From contig JAUCBJ010006691.1 in the NCBI GenBank assembly GCA_032718475.1, positions 62,001 through 126,000 on the forward strand: a DNA stretch of 64,000 nt, read 5' to 3'. Positions 13,101 to 25,508 of the stretch are shown one piece after another (position 1 is the first letter of the stretch; each line of letters starts with the position of its first letter). Below the pieces are notes generated by a model. The model saw only the letters and a list, made by a program, of their open reading frames with translations. It was not told the origin of the DNA and ran no database searches. Position numbers and translations under genes: made by a program. The DNA comes from Nemertoderma westbladi. Lineage: Eukaryota; Animalia; Xenacoelomorpha.

Positions 13101-16100
13101 AGAACCACAGATTTACAATAAAGACTGCCAGTTTATCACAGAACCGCAGATTTACTATAATGACTGCCAGTTTATCACAGAACCACAGATTTACAATAAT
13201 GACTGCCAGTTTATCACAGAACCGCAGATTTACAATATTGACTGCCAGTTTATCACAGAACCACAGATTTACAATAATGACTGCCAGTTTATCACAGAAC
13301 CGCAGATTTACAATAATGACTGCCAGTTTATCATAGAACTACAGATTTACAATAATGACTGCCAGTTTATCACAGAACCGCAGATTTACAATAATGACTG
13401 CCAGTTTATCACAGAACCACAGATTTACAATAATGACTGCCAGTTTATCACAGAACCGCAGATTTACAATAATGACTGCCAGTTTATCACAGAACCACAG
13501 ATTTACAATAATGACTGCCAGTTTATCACAGAACCGCAGATTTACAATAATGACTGCCAGTTTATCACAGAACCACAGATTTACAATAATGACTGCCAGT
13601 TTATCACAGAACCGCAGATTTACAATAATGACTGCCAGTTTATCACAGAACCACAGATTTACAATAATGACTGCCAGTTTATCACAGAACCACAGATTTA
13701 CAATAATGACTGCCAGTTTATCACAGAACCACAGATTTACAATAATGACTGCCAGTTTATCACAGAACCGCAGATTTACAATATTGACTGCCAGTTTATC
13801 ACAGAACCACAGATTTACAATAATGACTGCCAGTTTATCACAGAACCGCAGATTTACAATAATGACTGCCAGTTTATCACAGAACCACAGATTTACAATA
13901 ATGACTGCCAGTTTATCACAGAACCGCAGATTTACAATAATGACTGCCAGTTTATCACAGAACCACAGATTTACAATAATGACTGCCAGTTTATCACAGA
14001 ACCGCAGATTTACAATAATGACTGCCAGTTTATCACAGAACCACAGATTTACAATAATGACTGCCAGTTTATCACAGAACCACAGATTTACAATAATGAC
14101 TGCCAGTTTATCACAGAACCACAGATTTACAATAATGACTGCCAGTTTATCACAGAACCGCAGATTTACAATATTGACTGCCAGTTTATCACAGAACCAC
14201 AGATTTACAATAATGACTGCCAGTTTATCACAGAACCGCAGATTTACAATAATGACTGCCAGTTTATCATAGAACTACAGATTTACAATAATGACTGCCA
14301 GTTTATCACAGAACCGCAGATTTACAATAATGACTGCCAGTTTATCACAGAACCACAGATTTACAATAATGACTGCCAGTTTATCACAGAACCGCAGATT
14401 TACAATAATGACTGCCAGTTTATCACAGAACCACAGATTTACAATAATGACTGCCAGTTTATCACAGAACCGCAGATTTACAATAATGACTGCCAGTTTA
14501 TCACAGAACCACAGATTTACAATAATGACTGCCAGTTTATCACAGAACCGCAGATTTACAATAATGACTGCCAGTTTATCACAGAACCACAGATTTACAA
14601 TAATGACTGCCAGTTTATCACAGAACCACAGATTTACAATAATGACTGCCAGTTTATCACAGGACCGCAGATTTACAATAATGACTGCCAGTTTATCACA
14701 GAACCACAGATTTACAATAATGACTGCCAGTTTATCACAGAACCGCAGATTTACAATAATGACTGCCAGTTTATCACAGAACCGCAGATTTACAATAATG
14801 ACTGCCAGTTTATCACAGAACCACAGATTTACAATAATGACTGCCAGTTTATCACAGAACCACAGATTTACAATAATGACTGCCAGTTTATCACAGAACC
14901 ACAGATTTACAATAATGACTGCCAGTTTATCACAGAACCGCAGATTTACAATAATGACTGCCAGTTTATCACAGAACCACAGATTTACAATAATGACTGC
15001 CAGTTTATCACAGAACCGCAGATTTACAATAATGACTGCCAGTTTATCACAGAACCACAGATTTACATTAATGACAGCCAGTTTATCACAGAACCGCAGA
15101 TTTACAATAATGACTGCCAGTTTATCACAGAACCACAGATTTACAATAATGACTGCCAGTTTATCACAGAACCACAGATTTACAATAATGACTGCCAGTT
15201 TATCACAGAACCGCAGATTTACAATAATGACTGCCAGTTTATCACAGAACCACAGATTTACAATAATGACTGCCAGTTTATCACAGAACCGCAGATTTAC
15301 AATAATGACTGCCAGTTTATCACAGAACCACAGATTTACAATAATGACTGCCAGTTTATCACAGAACCGCAGATTTACAATAATGACTGCCAGTTTATCA
15401 CAGAACCACAGATTTACAATAATGACTGCCAGTTTATCACAGAACCGCAGATTTACAATAATGACTGCCAGTTTATCACAGAACCACAGATTTACAATAA
15501 TGACTGCCAGTTTATCACAGAACCGCAGATTTACAATAATGACTGCCAGTTTATCACAGAACCGCAGATTTACAATAATGACTGCCAGTTTATCACAGAA
15601 CCACAGATTTACAATAATGACTGCCAGTTTATCACAGAACCGCAGATTTACAATAATGACTGCCAGTTTATCACAGAACCACAGATTTACAATAATGACT
15701 GCCAGTTTATCACAGAACCACAGATTTACAATAATGACTGCCAGTTTATCACAGAACCGCAGATTTACAATAATGACTGCCAGTTTATCACAGAACCGCA
15801 GATTTACAATAATGACTGCCAGTTTATCACAGAACCACAGATTTACAATAATGACTGCCAGTTTATCACAGAACCGCAGATTTACAATAATGACTGCCAG
15901 TTTATCACAGAACCGCAGATTTACAATAATGACTGCCAGTTTATCACAGAACCACAGATTTACAATAATGACTGCCAGTTTATCACAGAACCGCAGATTT
16001 ACAATAATGACTGCCAGTTTATCACAGAACCGCAGATTTACAATAATGACTGCCAGTTTATCACAGAACCACAGATTTACAATAATGACTGCCAGTTTAT

Positions 16101-16761
16101 CACAGAACCACAGATTTACAATAATGACTGCCAGTTTATCACAGAACCACAGATTTACAATAATGACTGCCAGTTTATCACAGAACCGCAGATTTACAAT
16201 AATGACTGCCAGTTTATCACAGAACCACAGATTTACAATAATGACTGCCAGTTTATCACAGAACCGCAGATTTACAATAATGACTGCCAGTTTATCACAG
16301 AACCACAGATTTACATTAATGACAGCCAGTTTATCACAGAACCGCAGATTTACAATAATGACTGCCAGTTTATCACAGAACCACAGATTTACAATAATGA
16401 CTGCCAGTTTATCACAGAACCGCAGATTTACTATAATGACTGCCAGTTTATCACAGAACCACAGATTTACAATAATGACTGCCAGTTTATCACAGAACCG
16501 CAGATTTACAATAATGACTGCCAGTTTATCACAGAACCACAGATTTACAATAATGACTGCCAGTTTATCACAGAACCGCAGATTTACAATAATGACTGCC
16601 AGTTTATCACAGAACCACAGATTTACAATAATGACTGCCAGTTTATCACAGAACCGCAGATTTACAATAATGACTGCCAGTTTATCACAGAACCACAGAT
16701 TTACAATAATGACTGCCAGTTTATCACAGAACCGCAGATTTACAATAATGACTGCCAGTTT
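10169..16761. repeat. 39-bp satellite, right block (about 169 monomers)
   Basis: Same unit and the same rare variant monomers as the left block. Confidence 0.99.
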
Positions 16762-17503
16762 GTATATGTAAATATAATAAGTAAATATATATAATCAAAA
16801 CATAATTTTAAATTATTAATTAAACTAGTTTAAAATTAATTAATTTATATAAATTAATTGAAATGAATTATCTAATATGGCTGAAAAGAAGACAAATGAT
16901 ATTAAAATTAATAATCAAAACACTATTTGTTGATCATCAACTAAAATTAATTAGGAAATCCATAAATCTAAATGAATTAAATATTTTCATATATACTTAG
17001 CCATGTGTATCCAATGTGTATGTAGAGTATTGTATGCATTGGCCATAGGCCGTAAGCGTAGAGGGTGTAGGGATTAGATAAGGTAGGCAGGCTTTCATCC
17101 CCCTCTCCCAATATCTCCATGTTGTAACATTGAGCTTCATGTGTGCCCTGAATGTCCTGTGGTCCTAACTTTTTCAAATAACCACAGGTTTATTATAAGT
17201 TTTTTTTTGCTCTTTATAACCACAGGTTAGTACGTTTTAACCGTGGGTTTTTCTTTTATAACCATAGGTTATAAATAAATTAAAGCTTCAGTTTATTAAA
17301 ATTACCACCAGTTTTCTCAAAGAAAACCGCTAGTTGACTGTTAATTAAACGGCGGTTTCGTAAAAACAGGTTTATTTGGTTGCCGTTTTACCTGTGGTTT
17401 TTTGAGAAAACCGGCAGTTTTAAATAGTTGAAACGCCAGTTACCAGCAGTAAACCATAGGTTAATAAATGCCGATTAAATATTCGACCGGGAATTTGCGT
17501 TAA

Positions 17504-18756
17504 CCGTTTCAGTCCCGGGGGGGGGGGGGGGGGGGGGGGGGGTTCATATGAACCCCCCCTATCAAAAATCGATTACAAACATAGAAGCACTAAAAATGAG
17601 ATACGCAAATTTCTTGACTTTTCCTAACTTTTATCGGCGCACCTTTTGGCACTATTTTTATTTTCAACGGATTGCTACTTTTCGGTGGGTGCCCCCCTTT
17701 TTTTCATAGTGTCTGAAAAAAAATCGATTTTTTTTAGATATTTTTTTCAAATTTTTTTAGACTTAAGATATCTATAACTATTGACTGCCTAATAAGGTTT
17801 TTTGGGGTGCTGATTACAATGAATTATGTTTTGGACTTACTCGGATGTGTGAAATTGTTATTTTTTGCACCCAGCATGTTGCACGAAAAGTGCTGGTAAT
17901 GAAAAAATTTCATTTTGTAACAACATCAAATCAACATAAACTTTATGTAAGATGGGGTATTTTTGGGTGCTGATTACAATGAATTATGTTTTGGACTTAC
18001 TCGGATGTGTGAAATTGTTATTTTTTGCACCCACATGTTGCACGAAAAGTGCTGGTAATGAAAAAATTTCATTTTGTAACAACATCAAATCGACATAAAT
18101 TTTATGTAAGAAGGGGTATTTTTGGGTGCTGATTACAATGAAACATGTTTTGGACTTACTCGGATGTGTGAAATTGTACTTTTTTGCACCCGCATGTTGC
18201 ACGAAAATTTCTGCTACTTGTAATTTTCGTGCCGCACCGCACCCAAAAATCAGGTGCTAGACTCAATGCAACGAGTTTAGGATTGTCACCAATGAACTCA
18301 GCATATGCGAAACCCTGTTATATACCTTTCTAACCCACAGATCCGTGACCAAATAAATTCCAAAATTTCTGCTACTTGTAATTTTCGTGCCGCACCGCAC
18401 CCAAAAATAAGGTGCTAGACACAATGCAACGTCTTTGTGAATGTCACCATTGAACTCAGCATATGCGAAAACCTAAATAAAGGAAGTTTCTAATCGCAAA
18501 ACCTGGTATTTAATATTTTCAAATAAAAATTTACTAGCACTTTTCGTGCTCCCAAAAATGACACAAGAAATGGTCCAGTGAAATTATTATTTGCACCATT
18601 ATTCTCAGCATATGCGAAAACGTCGGGTCTGATGTATTTTATGTAAATTTCATACTGCTTTATGAATTTGGAGGGGGGGGGGGGGTTCATATGAACCCCC
18701 CCCCCCCCCCCCCCCCGGGACTAATGGGGTAGGAAAATATGCAGGGACTGAGAGGG
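17504..18756. mobile_element. Non-autonomous piggyBac-like element nested in the CACTA right arm
   Basis: TTAA at 17500-17503 and 18757-18760; 13-bp TIR CCGTTTCAGTCCC vs CCCTCTCAGTCCC (11/13). Asymmetric subterminal inverted repeats contain the palindrome GGGGTTCATATGAACCCC; internal ~160-bp tandem repeats. Confidence 0.75.
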
Positions 18757-19374
18757 TTAAACCAGAACCTGAGGTTACAGAAACCGGCAGTTCCTTGCGA
18801 TAAAAAATACCAGAGGTTTTACAACGCATTTTTAGGTTCTAAACAACTGGGGGTTATGGAACCGCCGGTTTTACGAGAGATAATCAACCCCCGGTTTGCA
18901 CAACTACCAGTTCTTGGCAATGTTTATTTACCGCCGGTTTGTAAAAACAACCTGCGGTGGTTTTCGTTGCAAAACAACCCCAGGTAGTTCTTGCAAACCG
19001 GCAATTTTTTAACAAAATACCACCACTTACTTTTTTCAGTGAGGGGGTGGGGGGGGGGGGGGGAGACACAAAAGACAATAAAAATGTATAATGCTTATTC
19101 ATACTGATAGGCGAACCTTAGAAAAACCTTAGATATGATTGAATGTCTACACTGAAAAATCTATGGTTTTCAAATTCGCGCAGATAAAAAAAAATTGCAA
19201 AAAAAATGGTGTTCAATAACCCGAAAAATGCGGGTCATTTTAAGATATAAATTATTGGAAATGATCGAGGAAGTCAAAAGTTACGGTCTAATGTTTCTGT
19301 TTAGTTTTGACAACTTCTAGTGATTTTCACCCGCAAGATAAACTATTAACTTTAAGAAATTTAATACAAAATTG

Positions 19375-19461
19375 CAATCCCGATCCGAAAAACGGGATCC
19401 CGAGTGAAAATCCCGATCCCATCCCGGAAATCCCGAAAAGTCTGATCCCGTTTAAACACTA
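19375..19461. mobile_element. Probable isolated hAT-like terminus
   Basis: Clustered ATCCCG subterminal motifs ending in ...GATCCCGTTTAAACACTA (TAGTG start on minus). No partner end found. Confidence 0.4.
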
Positions 19462-19523
19462 TTAGAAGACATGGTTATTATACAAGCAACCGAATGAGGA
19501 CTCGCCAAGGTGGATAAACTAAC

Positions 19524-19766
19524 TTAGAGTCTCGCAGTCTTCCCTGTCATCTTCAGCCACCGTCGCCGAGTTCCTATCTGTGACGCCGACGCATTCCGGG
19601 TCGCTACCACTGGCCGTTCCCACCGAGTCCTGGGTGCTTAGCAACGGGGGCGCCGTCGTGTTGCTGCACATTGAAGTGGGATTGAACCTCCATAAGTGGG
19701 TTGTGTTGTCGCCTCCCGCAGTCAGACAACAGCAAGGTTCGTTAGGATGAAAACGGATGGAGTTTA
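19524..19766 (-). CDS. WDR37: WD repeat-containing protein 37, internal exon (third exon seen)
   Basis: CCCTTTTGGCAG acceptor and GTTAGT donor, phases 1/1. Encodes VNSIRFHP...LTAGGDNTTHLWR plus an acidic linker, matching WDR37 VNSIKFHP...LTASGDQTAHIWR. Phase-compatible with exon 29030-29169. Confidence 0.9.
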
Positions 19767-19778
19767 CTGCCAAAAGGG

Positions 19779-19840
19779 ATTAATATTTAGCGATTAATAT
19801 TAATATTTAGCGATTAATATTAATATTAATTTAGCGAATA
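19779..19840. repeat. About 3 copies of a ~20-bp unit covering the probable branch point of the WDR37 acceptor
   Basis: TTAATATTTAGCGATTAATA repeats; on minus each copy carries CGCTAA just upstream of the AG at 19767-19768. Confidence 0.7.
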
Positions 19841-20398
19841 ATCTTCTACCAGGACGGGGTACTCTACATTTTTAATATCCTATATAATTTTGTATAATGA
19901 TTTGTTTTTATCGAATTTACTGCAGCTTTTTTACTAATTTTTAAATAAACGTATATTTGGAGTTTAAATTTTATGTCATGCAATTTACAAATGCGGTATT
20001 TAGGTTTATATAATCACTTCAATGATTCGTATATTTAAGAGATAATAATATAATTTTAATAATAATAATTTAGATATAATATTAAAGGCAACGATTTATT
20101 GTATGTAATTGTAACATAAAAACATTTAATAAATTTAATATGAATATTATAAAAATGAATAAGGCGTTTTTAAAAATTAATGACATATTTTGTATTATAA
20201 TATAAAAATTTCTTATTTTTATTATTTATAATATATTTATTTATGTTTGATATTCTTTTCAGTTTGTGTCATTAGTTTATTTATAGATAAATTATTTACG
20301 TAACTGCGTGTTAGTGTGAGAATATCTCATTATGTATTGCAACAATAAGACGATATACTTAACCATAAATAAAATTAAAAAGCCTTAGATACAATTGA

Positions 20399-21963
20399 AG
20401 GGCTGAGCATAAAAAGGTCCTATGTGACAAGCGTCATTCTGACGTCATTCTGACGTCATTCACACTTTTGCGTTTTTTTTACCTACACATTACAGTTGAT
20501 GTTGGCATTCTGTATTTTTGCATGTAAGTACATAAATGTACTTCAAAATCTTTTTTTATTTTCAAAAATTTTTTTTTTTAAAACTTCATAATTGTTCATC
20601 AGGCAGTATATTGTACATAAGACCTTTTTTGTTTATGTCTATGCGATTTTTACTGTACATCATAGGACTATTTTACTCCAGGATATCAGGCAGTATTAAT
20701 TGTTCATATGATCTCAGAACCTTATTGGTGAGTTAAGGGGGGGGGGGGGGGGGGGGGGGGGTAGCGCATTTTCTGACCAAAAAGACGAATTTTTGAAACA
20801 TATCCTATCTGATGCAGAATTTCATGCTGAATCCAAATATGGAAACCGTTTTCCCATATCTTGCTTAGTTTTCGAGATATCTGGGATAGAAGATACTGGC
20901 TCCGATATATCGCGATATCGGTAAAGGCGATGAAGTTTGGGGTTTGCATTCAATTTCTGCAAATTTCTGTGCTCAGTGGTGCCAATTGGATGTCTCCACG
21001 AGAAAGAGCACAAAATTTTAATTGAGAAGGTATTTTTTTATGATTATTGGACCTACTTGTCAGTTTATAAGACAACTTCAAGTCTCCGGAATGAAGACGG
21101 GACTCGAATAAGCGACTCTGCGGTCTTTGCGGGATTACACGGAATAGACTTATCGGTCATCGGAGATCTTCAAAATGTATAATCTCCAGTTCTAGTGGTC
21201 GTACGAAGTTCGTTTTAGGCTCATTCGAAAGCTCTTTTCTTAGAGAACAAAGTTACCATTTGATTTAAGACAAAATGGTTGTGAAGCAACATAACATGAA
21301 TTTGGGTAAAATATGCCTTGCAAATTTTGTTCAAGTTATGATTGCTCAGGCAGCTTTCAAGAGTTTGCCAAACCAAATGGTAACTTTGGTCTCTGAGAAA
21401 AGAGCTTTCGAATGAGCCCAAAACGAACTCCGTACGACCACTAGAACTGGAGATTATACATTTTGAAGATCTCCGATGACCGATAAGTCTATTCCGTGTA
21501 ATCCCGCAAAGACCGCAGAGTCGCTTATTCGAGTCCCGTCTTCATTCCGGAGACTTGAAGTTGTCTTATAAACTGATCAGTAGGTCCAATAATCATAAAA
21601 AAATACCTTCTCAATTAAAATTTTGTGCTCTTTCTCGTGGAGACATCCAATTAGCACCACTGAGCACAGAAATTTGCAGAAATTGAATGCAAACCCCAAA
21701 CTTCATCTCCTTTACCGATATCGCGATATATCGGAGCCAGTATCTTCTATCCCAGATATCTCGAAAACTAAGCAAGATATGGGAAAACGGTTTCCATATT
21801 TGGATTCAGCATGAAATTCTGCATCAGATAGGATATGTTTCGCGCTACCCCCCCCCCCCCCCCCCCCCCCCCCTTAAGTTAGGTCTCATCTCATAGGACC
21901 TCTGTATGAGTATAACTCTGATTCTAAGAAAATGTCACATAGCTCCTTTTTATGCTCAGCCCT
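20399..21963. mobile_element. PIF/Harbinger-like MITE
   Basis: TIR AGGGCTGAGCATAAAAAGG (19 bp perfect, about 31 bp with 2 mismatches); 3-bp TSD TGA at 20396-20398 and 21964-21966. Confidence 0.8.
20737..21873. mobile_element. Kolobok-like foldback element nested in the Harbinger-like MITE
   Basis: TTAA at 20733-20736 and 21874-21877; poly-G/poly-C termini; ~500-bp near-identical inverted arms around a ~100-bp spacer. The superfamily is inferred only from the TTAA TSD plus purine-purine termini. Confidence 0.7.
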
Positions 21964-24761
21964 TGAATTATTTTAATGTATTTATTTAACCAAGTAGTAC
22001 AAATCGTACCGGTAGGTGCTGTGTAAAAACTTCAACTAAAAAAAGTGGCTTTATCAAAACAAGATGCTATGAACTACGAGCGAGTAGAGTCAGAAGAAGT
22101 TCCGATCAACTTATCATTGATAATAATCCACCTATGTCGAAAATAAAAACAATAACAATAAACTGTTTACTTAAAGAACAAAGTAATATGGGAGCAATTA
22201 GTGCAATACACGATGGACTCCCTACAGTAATCATTTACTCGCCGATAAACAGCGGGAATATAAAAATATGCAAAGATATAAAACGGGATATAAAGAAGTA
22301 GTTACAATTGCATAAAAAGTTAATATTTTCAGGCTATTTAATAGCATTAATAATGTCTCGACTACTTAATACTTTTGTTGTAGTTGATATGTATGTTAAG
22401 GGCACCCGTAGGACAAAAATAAAGTAAGCCTATCCTTAAATGTTATTATTATTGACATGCTATTAAAACATTAAAATGTTATTTTTTTATTACATTAAAT
22501 ATGTTACTTCTAACTTTCCTAATACTGATTTATAATATTTCAAGTATATTGACTATTATTGCTTGTATTGCTTCAGCAAAAATACACTGGTTATTACTTT
22601 CACTTTGGAGTTACATTCATATATTATATTATTTATTTTTATTATTAAAATTTTTCAAAAAATGTTGTTCAACAATCAACCAGAATTGATTAAATTTGTA
22701 AAACCAGCAAAACTGGCCACTCGAATACTATGGCTACTGAATAATTCAAAACTTGTGGCACTGAGACCCTAATGGATAGTTTTAAACTATAGCCTAGAAC
22801 AAAATTTGTCTGAAAAGCCATAGAACATGATTGCCAAATTTCAAAGCAAAGCCATAATGGTAAATTAATATTTCACAATCAATGCTATCGGCATAAGGTA
22901 ATTTTTCTTACAAATCTTATCATTTCAACGCCTAAAATATATAACTTTTAAAACACAAATTTCCTGCTAATATTTGCCTTTCATCAATCCTCTGTGCGGC
23001 TGTGGTTTGGCTGCAGATTAAGGGGGGGGCTGATGGAAGGGAACTTTCCCCTCTTCTTTGATTTATTGGCTGTTTTGTTAAATTTCTTAAATACCGATTT
23101 TGTGATAGAATAGCTCAATTTTAATTTGTATTTCATAAGTGAACCTCGTGCTGCGCGAAGGCCTCACAAACGTGTTACTTCTGTTAATGTAATTGTTATT
23201 TGCCTTTTCGTCACAGGTTGCATAGAAGTTTAGCACCTATAATGCCATCCCCATGTAGACCTTTCGGCCTTAGTAACCCTAATAAATAGGAGCTAATATA
23301 TACTATAACTACCTAGTACTCCTTCCAATAGACAAGCAGTTGCACCATTAGCGGTATAATATATCGCAAAACTGTTGGCAAATAATGCAAGACACGAAAA
23401 CAATGGGGAAAAAAGGATTTTGGGCCAAATTGTTAATAAGTAGGGATAGCCAGGAATTCACACCATGTAGTCCTCTTATAGCAACCAACAAACTGTTGTC
23501 CAATGCCATGCAACTCGCATACAAGTGCCCACTTTATAATAAGTATTATTTCATAGCTTGTAGCTTATAGTTTATTTATTACTATTATTATAGTCATCTA
23601 TTTATAGGCTAAAAGTAAAAAATACATTATAATTTAATGTGTAGGTAGGTGTATAAATAATATACCGCACGGCACACAAAACAATTTTAATTTTTCATGA
23701 GTAGAACGAGTGATAATTTTACAATATTTGAATTTAGACAAAGTTTAAATTTCCAGAGGTTTGTATTGGTCTTGGCTTGAGAGTTAATTACGCAAATTAA
23801 AAAAATAATTTTATAACAATTGTATCACAAATCTGAGAAATCTAGAATTACGTTATTGTTATAAGTTAGTTATTTAGTTTCAACTGTAGCGTAAAGTGAG
23901 GGTTAATATCGTGTTAAAAAGTAACACTTTATAGGATTGCGTTTACAACTCGATAGTTAAATAATTAACATAAAATCTCCGGTCTATAACCATTTGGAAT
24001 GGCGGACTGTACACAATTAAAAAATACATGGCGAGTTTAATTTATTGAAAAACAAAAATGTCAACTCCGAAAAACTACGAAAGCTGTACTCGAATGTAAA
24101 CTACTGTAAAGTAAATACAGTATACGAATACGTATCACACCCGCAACTATATTAATTAATTAAAGATGAAAACCATATGGTATCTCAGAGGGAATAAACT
24201 ATAATGAAGTAAACTTTATGACCGTCCATTCACTGAAGACATTACTTTGCTAAAGGTCTACGGCGTGTACAATATGTAAAACGTAGTCAATTAGAATGAT
24301 ATTGTTTTTTGTAGGGTGACAAGACAATTATAGTGCATCGACATACAGTAAATACAATATCATGACTTTTGTGTCTTTGTGTTTGTTTTATATTTCCAAG
24401 AATAGTTTAAATGGTTATCTTAAAAATACACAGCGATTGTAAATAATTGTTGTCTTTTTTTGTAACTTTTTAAATTAATAAAGTAATTATACGTACATCA
24501 GAGCAGAGTTGCTGAAAAAATTTAATTTAAAAACAGTTTTAGCACATCGAAAAGTTATACATTTTTCCACTAATACATTCGAACGCATTTATTAACCCCG
24601 ATTTGCTTTGGTAGGTTAATAAAATACCTCCAGCAGTGAAAAAATGTAGGCGTAATGCACTAAATATTACTAGATTAATTAATTTATTATTCGGGTAACT
24701 TTTTATACACTATTTATATTTAACTTATAAATCAGCTCAAAGGACTCATAATCTGTATAAA

Positions 24762-25508
24762 ATGGCTGGAATAGGTGGGATGTTTAATCGAGCGTTTCAG
24801 AAAGCTGGAGAAACTGTAGGGAGTGCGGAAAAAACAGCGTTCCCGGAAGATATCCAGGAAGCGATAATGCTGGCAGAGTCGACAAAGAAATGGACTGAAA
24901 CGATAATAACAAACGCTGAGACGATGGTGTTACCGAACCCCGCAGCGAGAGTGGAAGACTTCGTACTGAAGAAGATGAATAAAGAGAAGACGAAAGATGA
25001 ACGATTGCGAGAGAACGAAGCGTTGGGTAACACTTTCGTAGCGGCAGGGCAACAGTACGGAACGCTGAGCGAGTACGGAGGTGCGTTAGTGAAGGTCGGG
25101 ATAGTGGAACAGAAGTTGGGGCAGGCGGAACGTGAGTGGGCGAAGGGGACCAACAACCGTTTCGTTGTACCGATGAGAATATTCCTTGATGGAGATATGA
25201 AACAGATAAACATCGAACGGGAGCTTCTCGAGACAAAACGACTCGACCTCGACTTCGCGAAGAATAAGTTTAAGAAGACGCCGACTCAACAAACGGAACG
25301 GGATTTAAGGGAGGCCCAGAATAGTTTCGACGAACAGGCGGCGGCTACAAGGAAGATTTGCAGCGGGATCAACCAGTGCCACAAGCAGCAGCTGAGTTGT
25401 CTTCGGCAATTGGTTGAAGCGCAGCACCGATACTATAAGGAGTCGTTGGCTCACGTTGAGGAGTTGAGGAAGGAGTTGGATGCAACGCTGGGGCCGCTAG
25501 CACAGGAG
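24762..25508 (+). CDS. SH3GLB1: Endophilin B, exon 1 (N-BAR domain)
   Basis: RAFQ...ETVGSAEKT, PNPAARVEDF, YGGALVKVG, KRLDLD and FDEQA motifs of the endophilin B N-BAR; 249 codons ending at phase-0 donor GAG|GTTAGT. The symbol indicates the family (co-orthologous to SH3GLB1/2). Confidence 0.9.

Larger units (their letters stand above)
2704..19041. mobile_element. Non-autonomous CACTA/EnSpm (CMC)-type DNA transposon inflated to 16.3 kb by internal satellite and nested insertions
   Basis: Perfect 18-bp TIR CACTGAAAAAAGTAAGTG (2704-2721) / CACTTACTTTTTTCAGTG (19024-19041); 2-bp flanking duplication AG (2702-2703, 19042-19043). Both subterminal regions are packed with AACC-NNN-GGTT-type motifs. 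No transposase ORF. Confidence 0.8.

Noticed and set aside
3253-16761. CRISPR-like appearance of regular 36-40 bp repeats (also 927-1965 and 42540-45470)
   Set aside because: Head-to-tail repeats with no unique spacers, no cas genes, and a eukaryotic context.
3279-16771. Long ORFs of MTASLSQN(R/H)RFTI or NNDCQFITEPQIY repeats
   Set aside because: A by-product of a 39-bp (13-codon) unit open in several frames; stops occur at variant monomers, there are no unique domains or splice signals, and the array lies inside a TIR element.
24715-24761. Acceptor-like AG shortly upstream of ATG (similar sites near TTLL12 and MCM7) suggesting spliced-leader trans-splicing
   Set aside because: Such motifs are common in AT-rich DNA and ordinary 5'-UTR introns explain them; not decidable without 5' cDNA ends.
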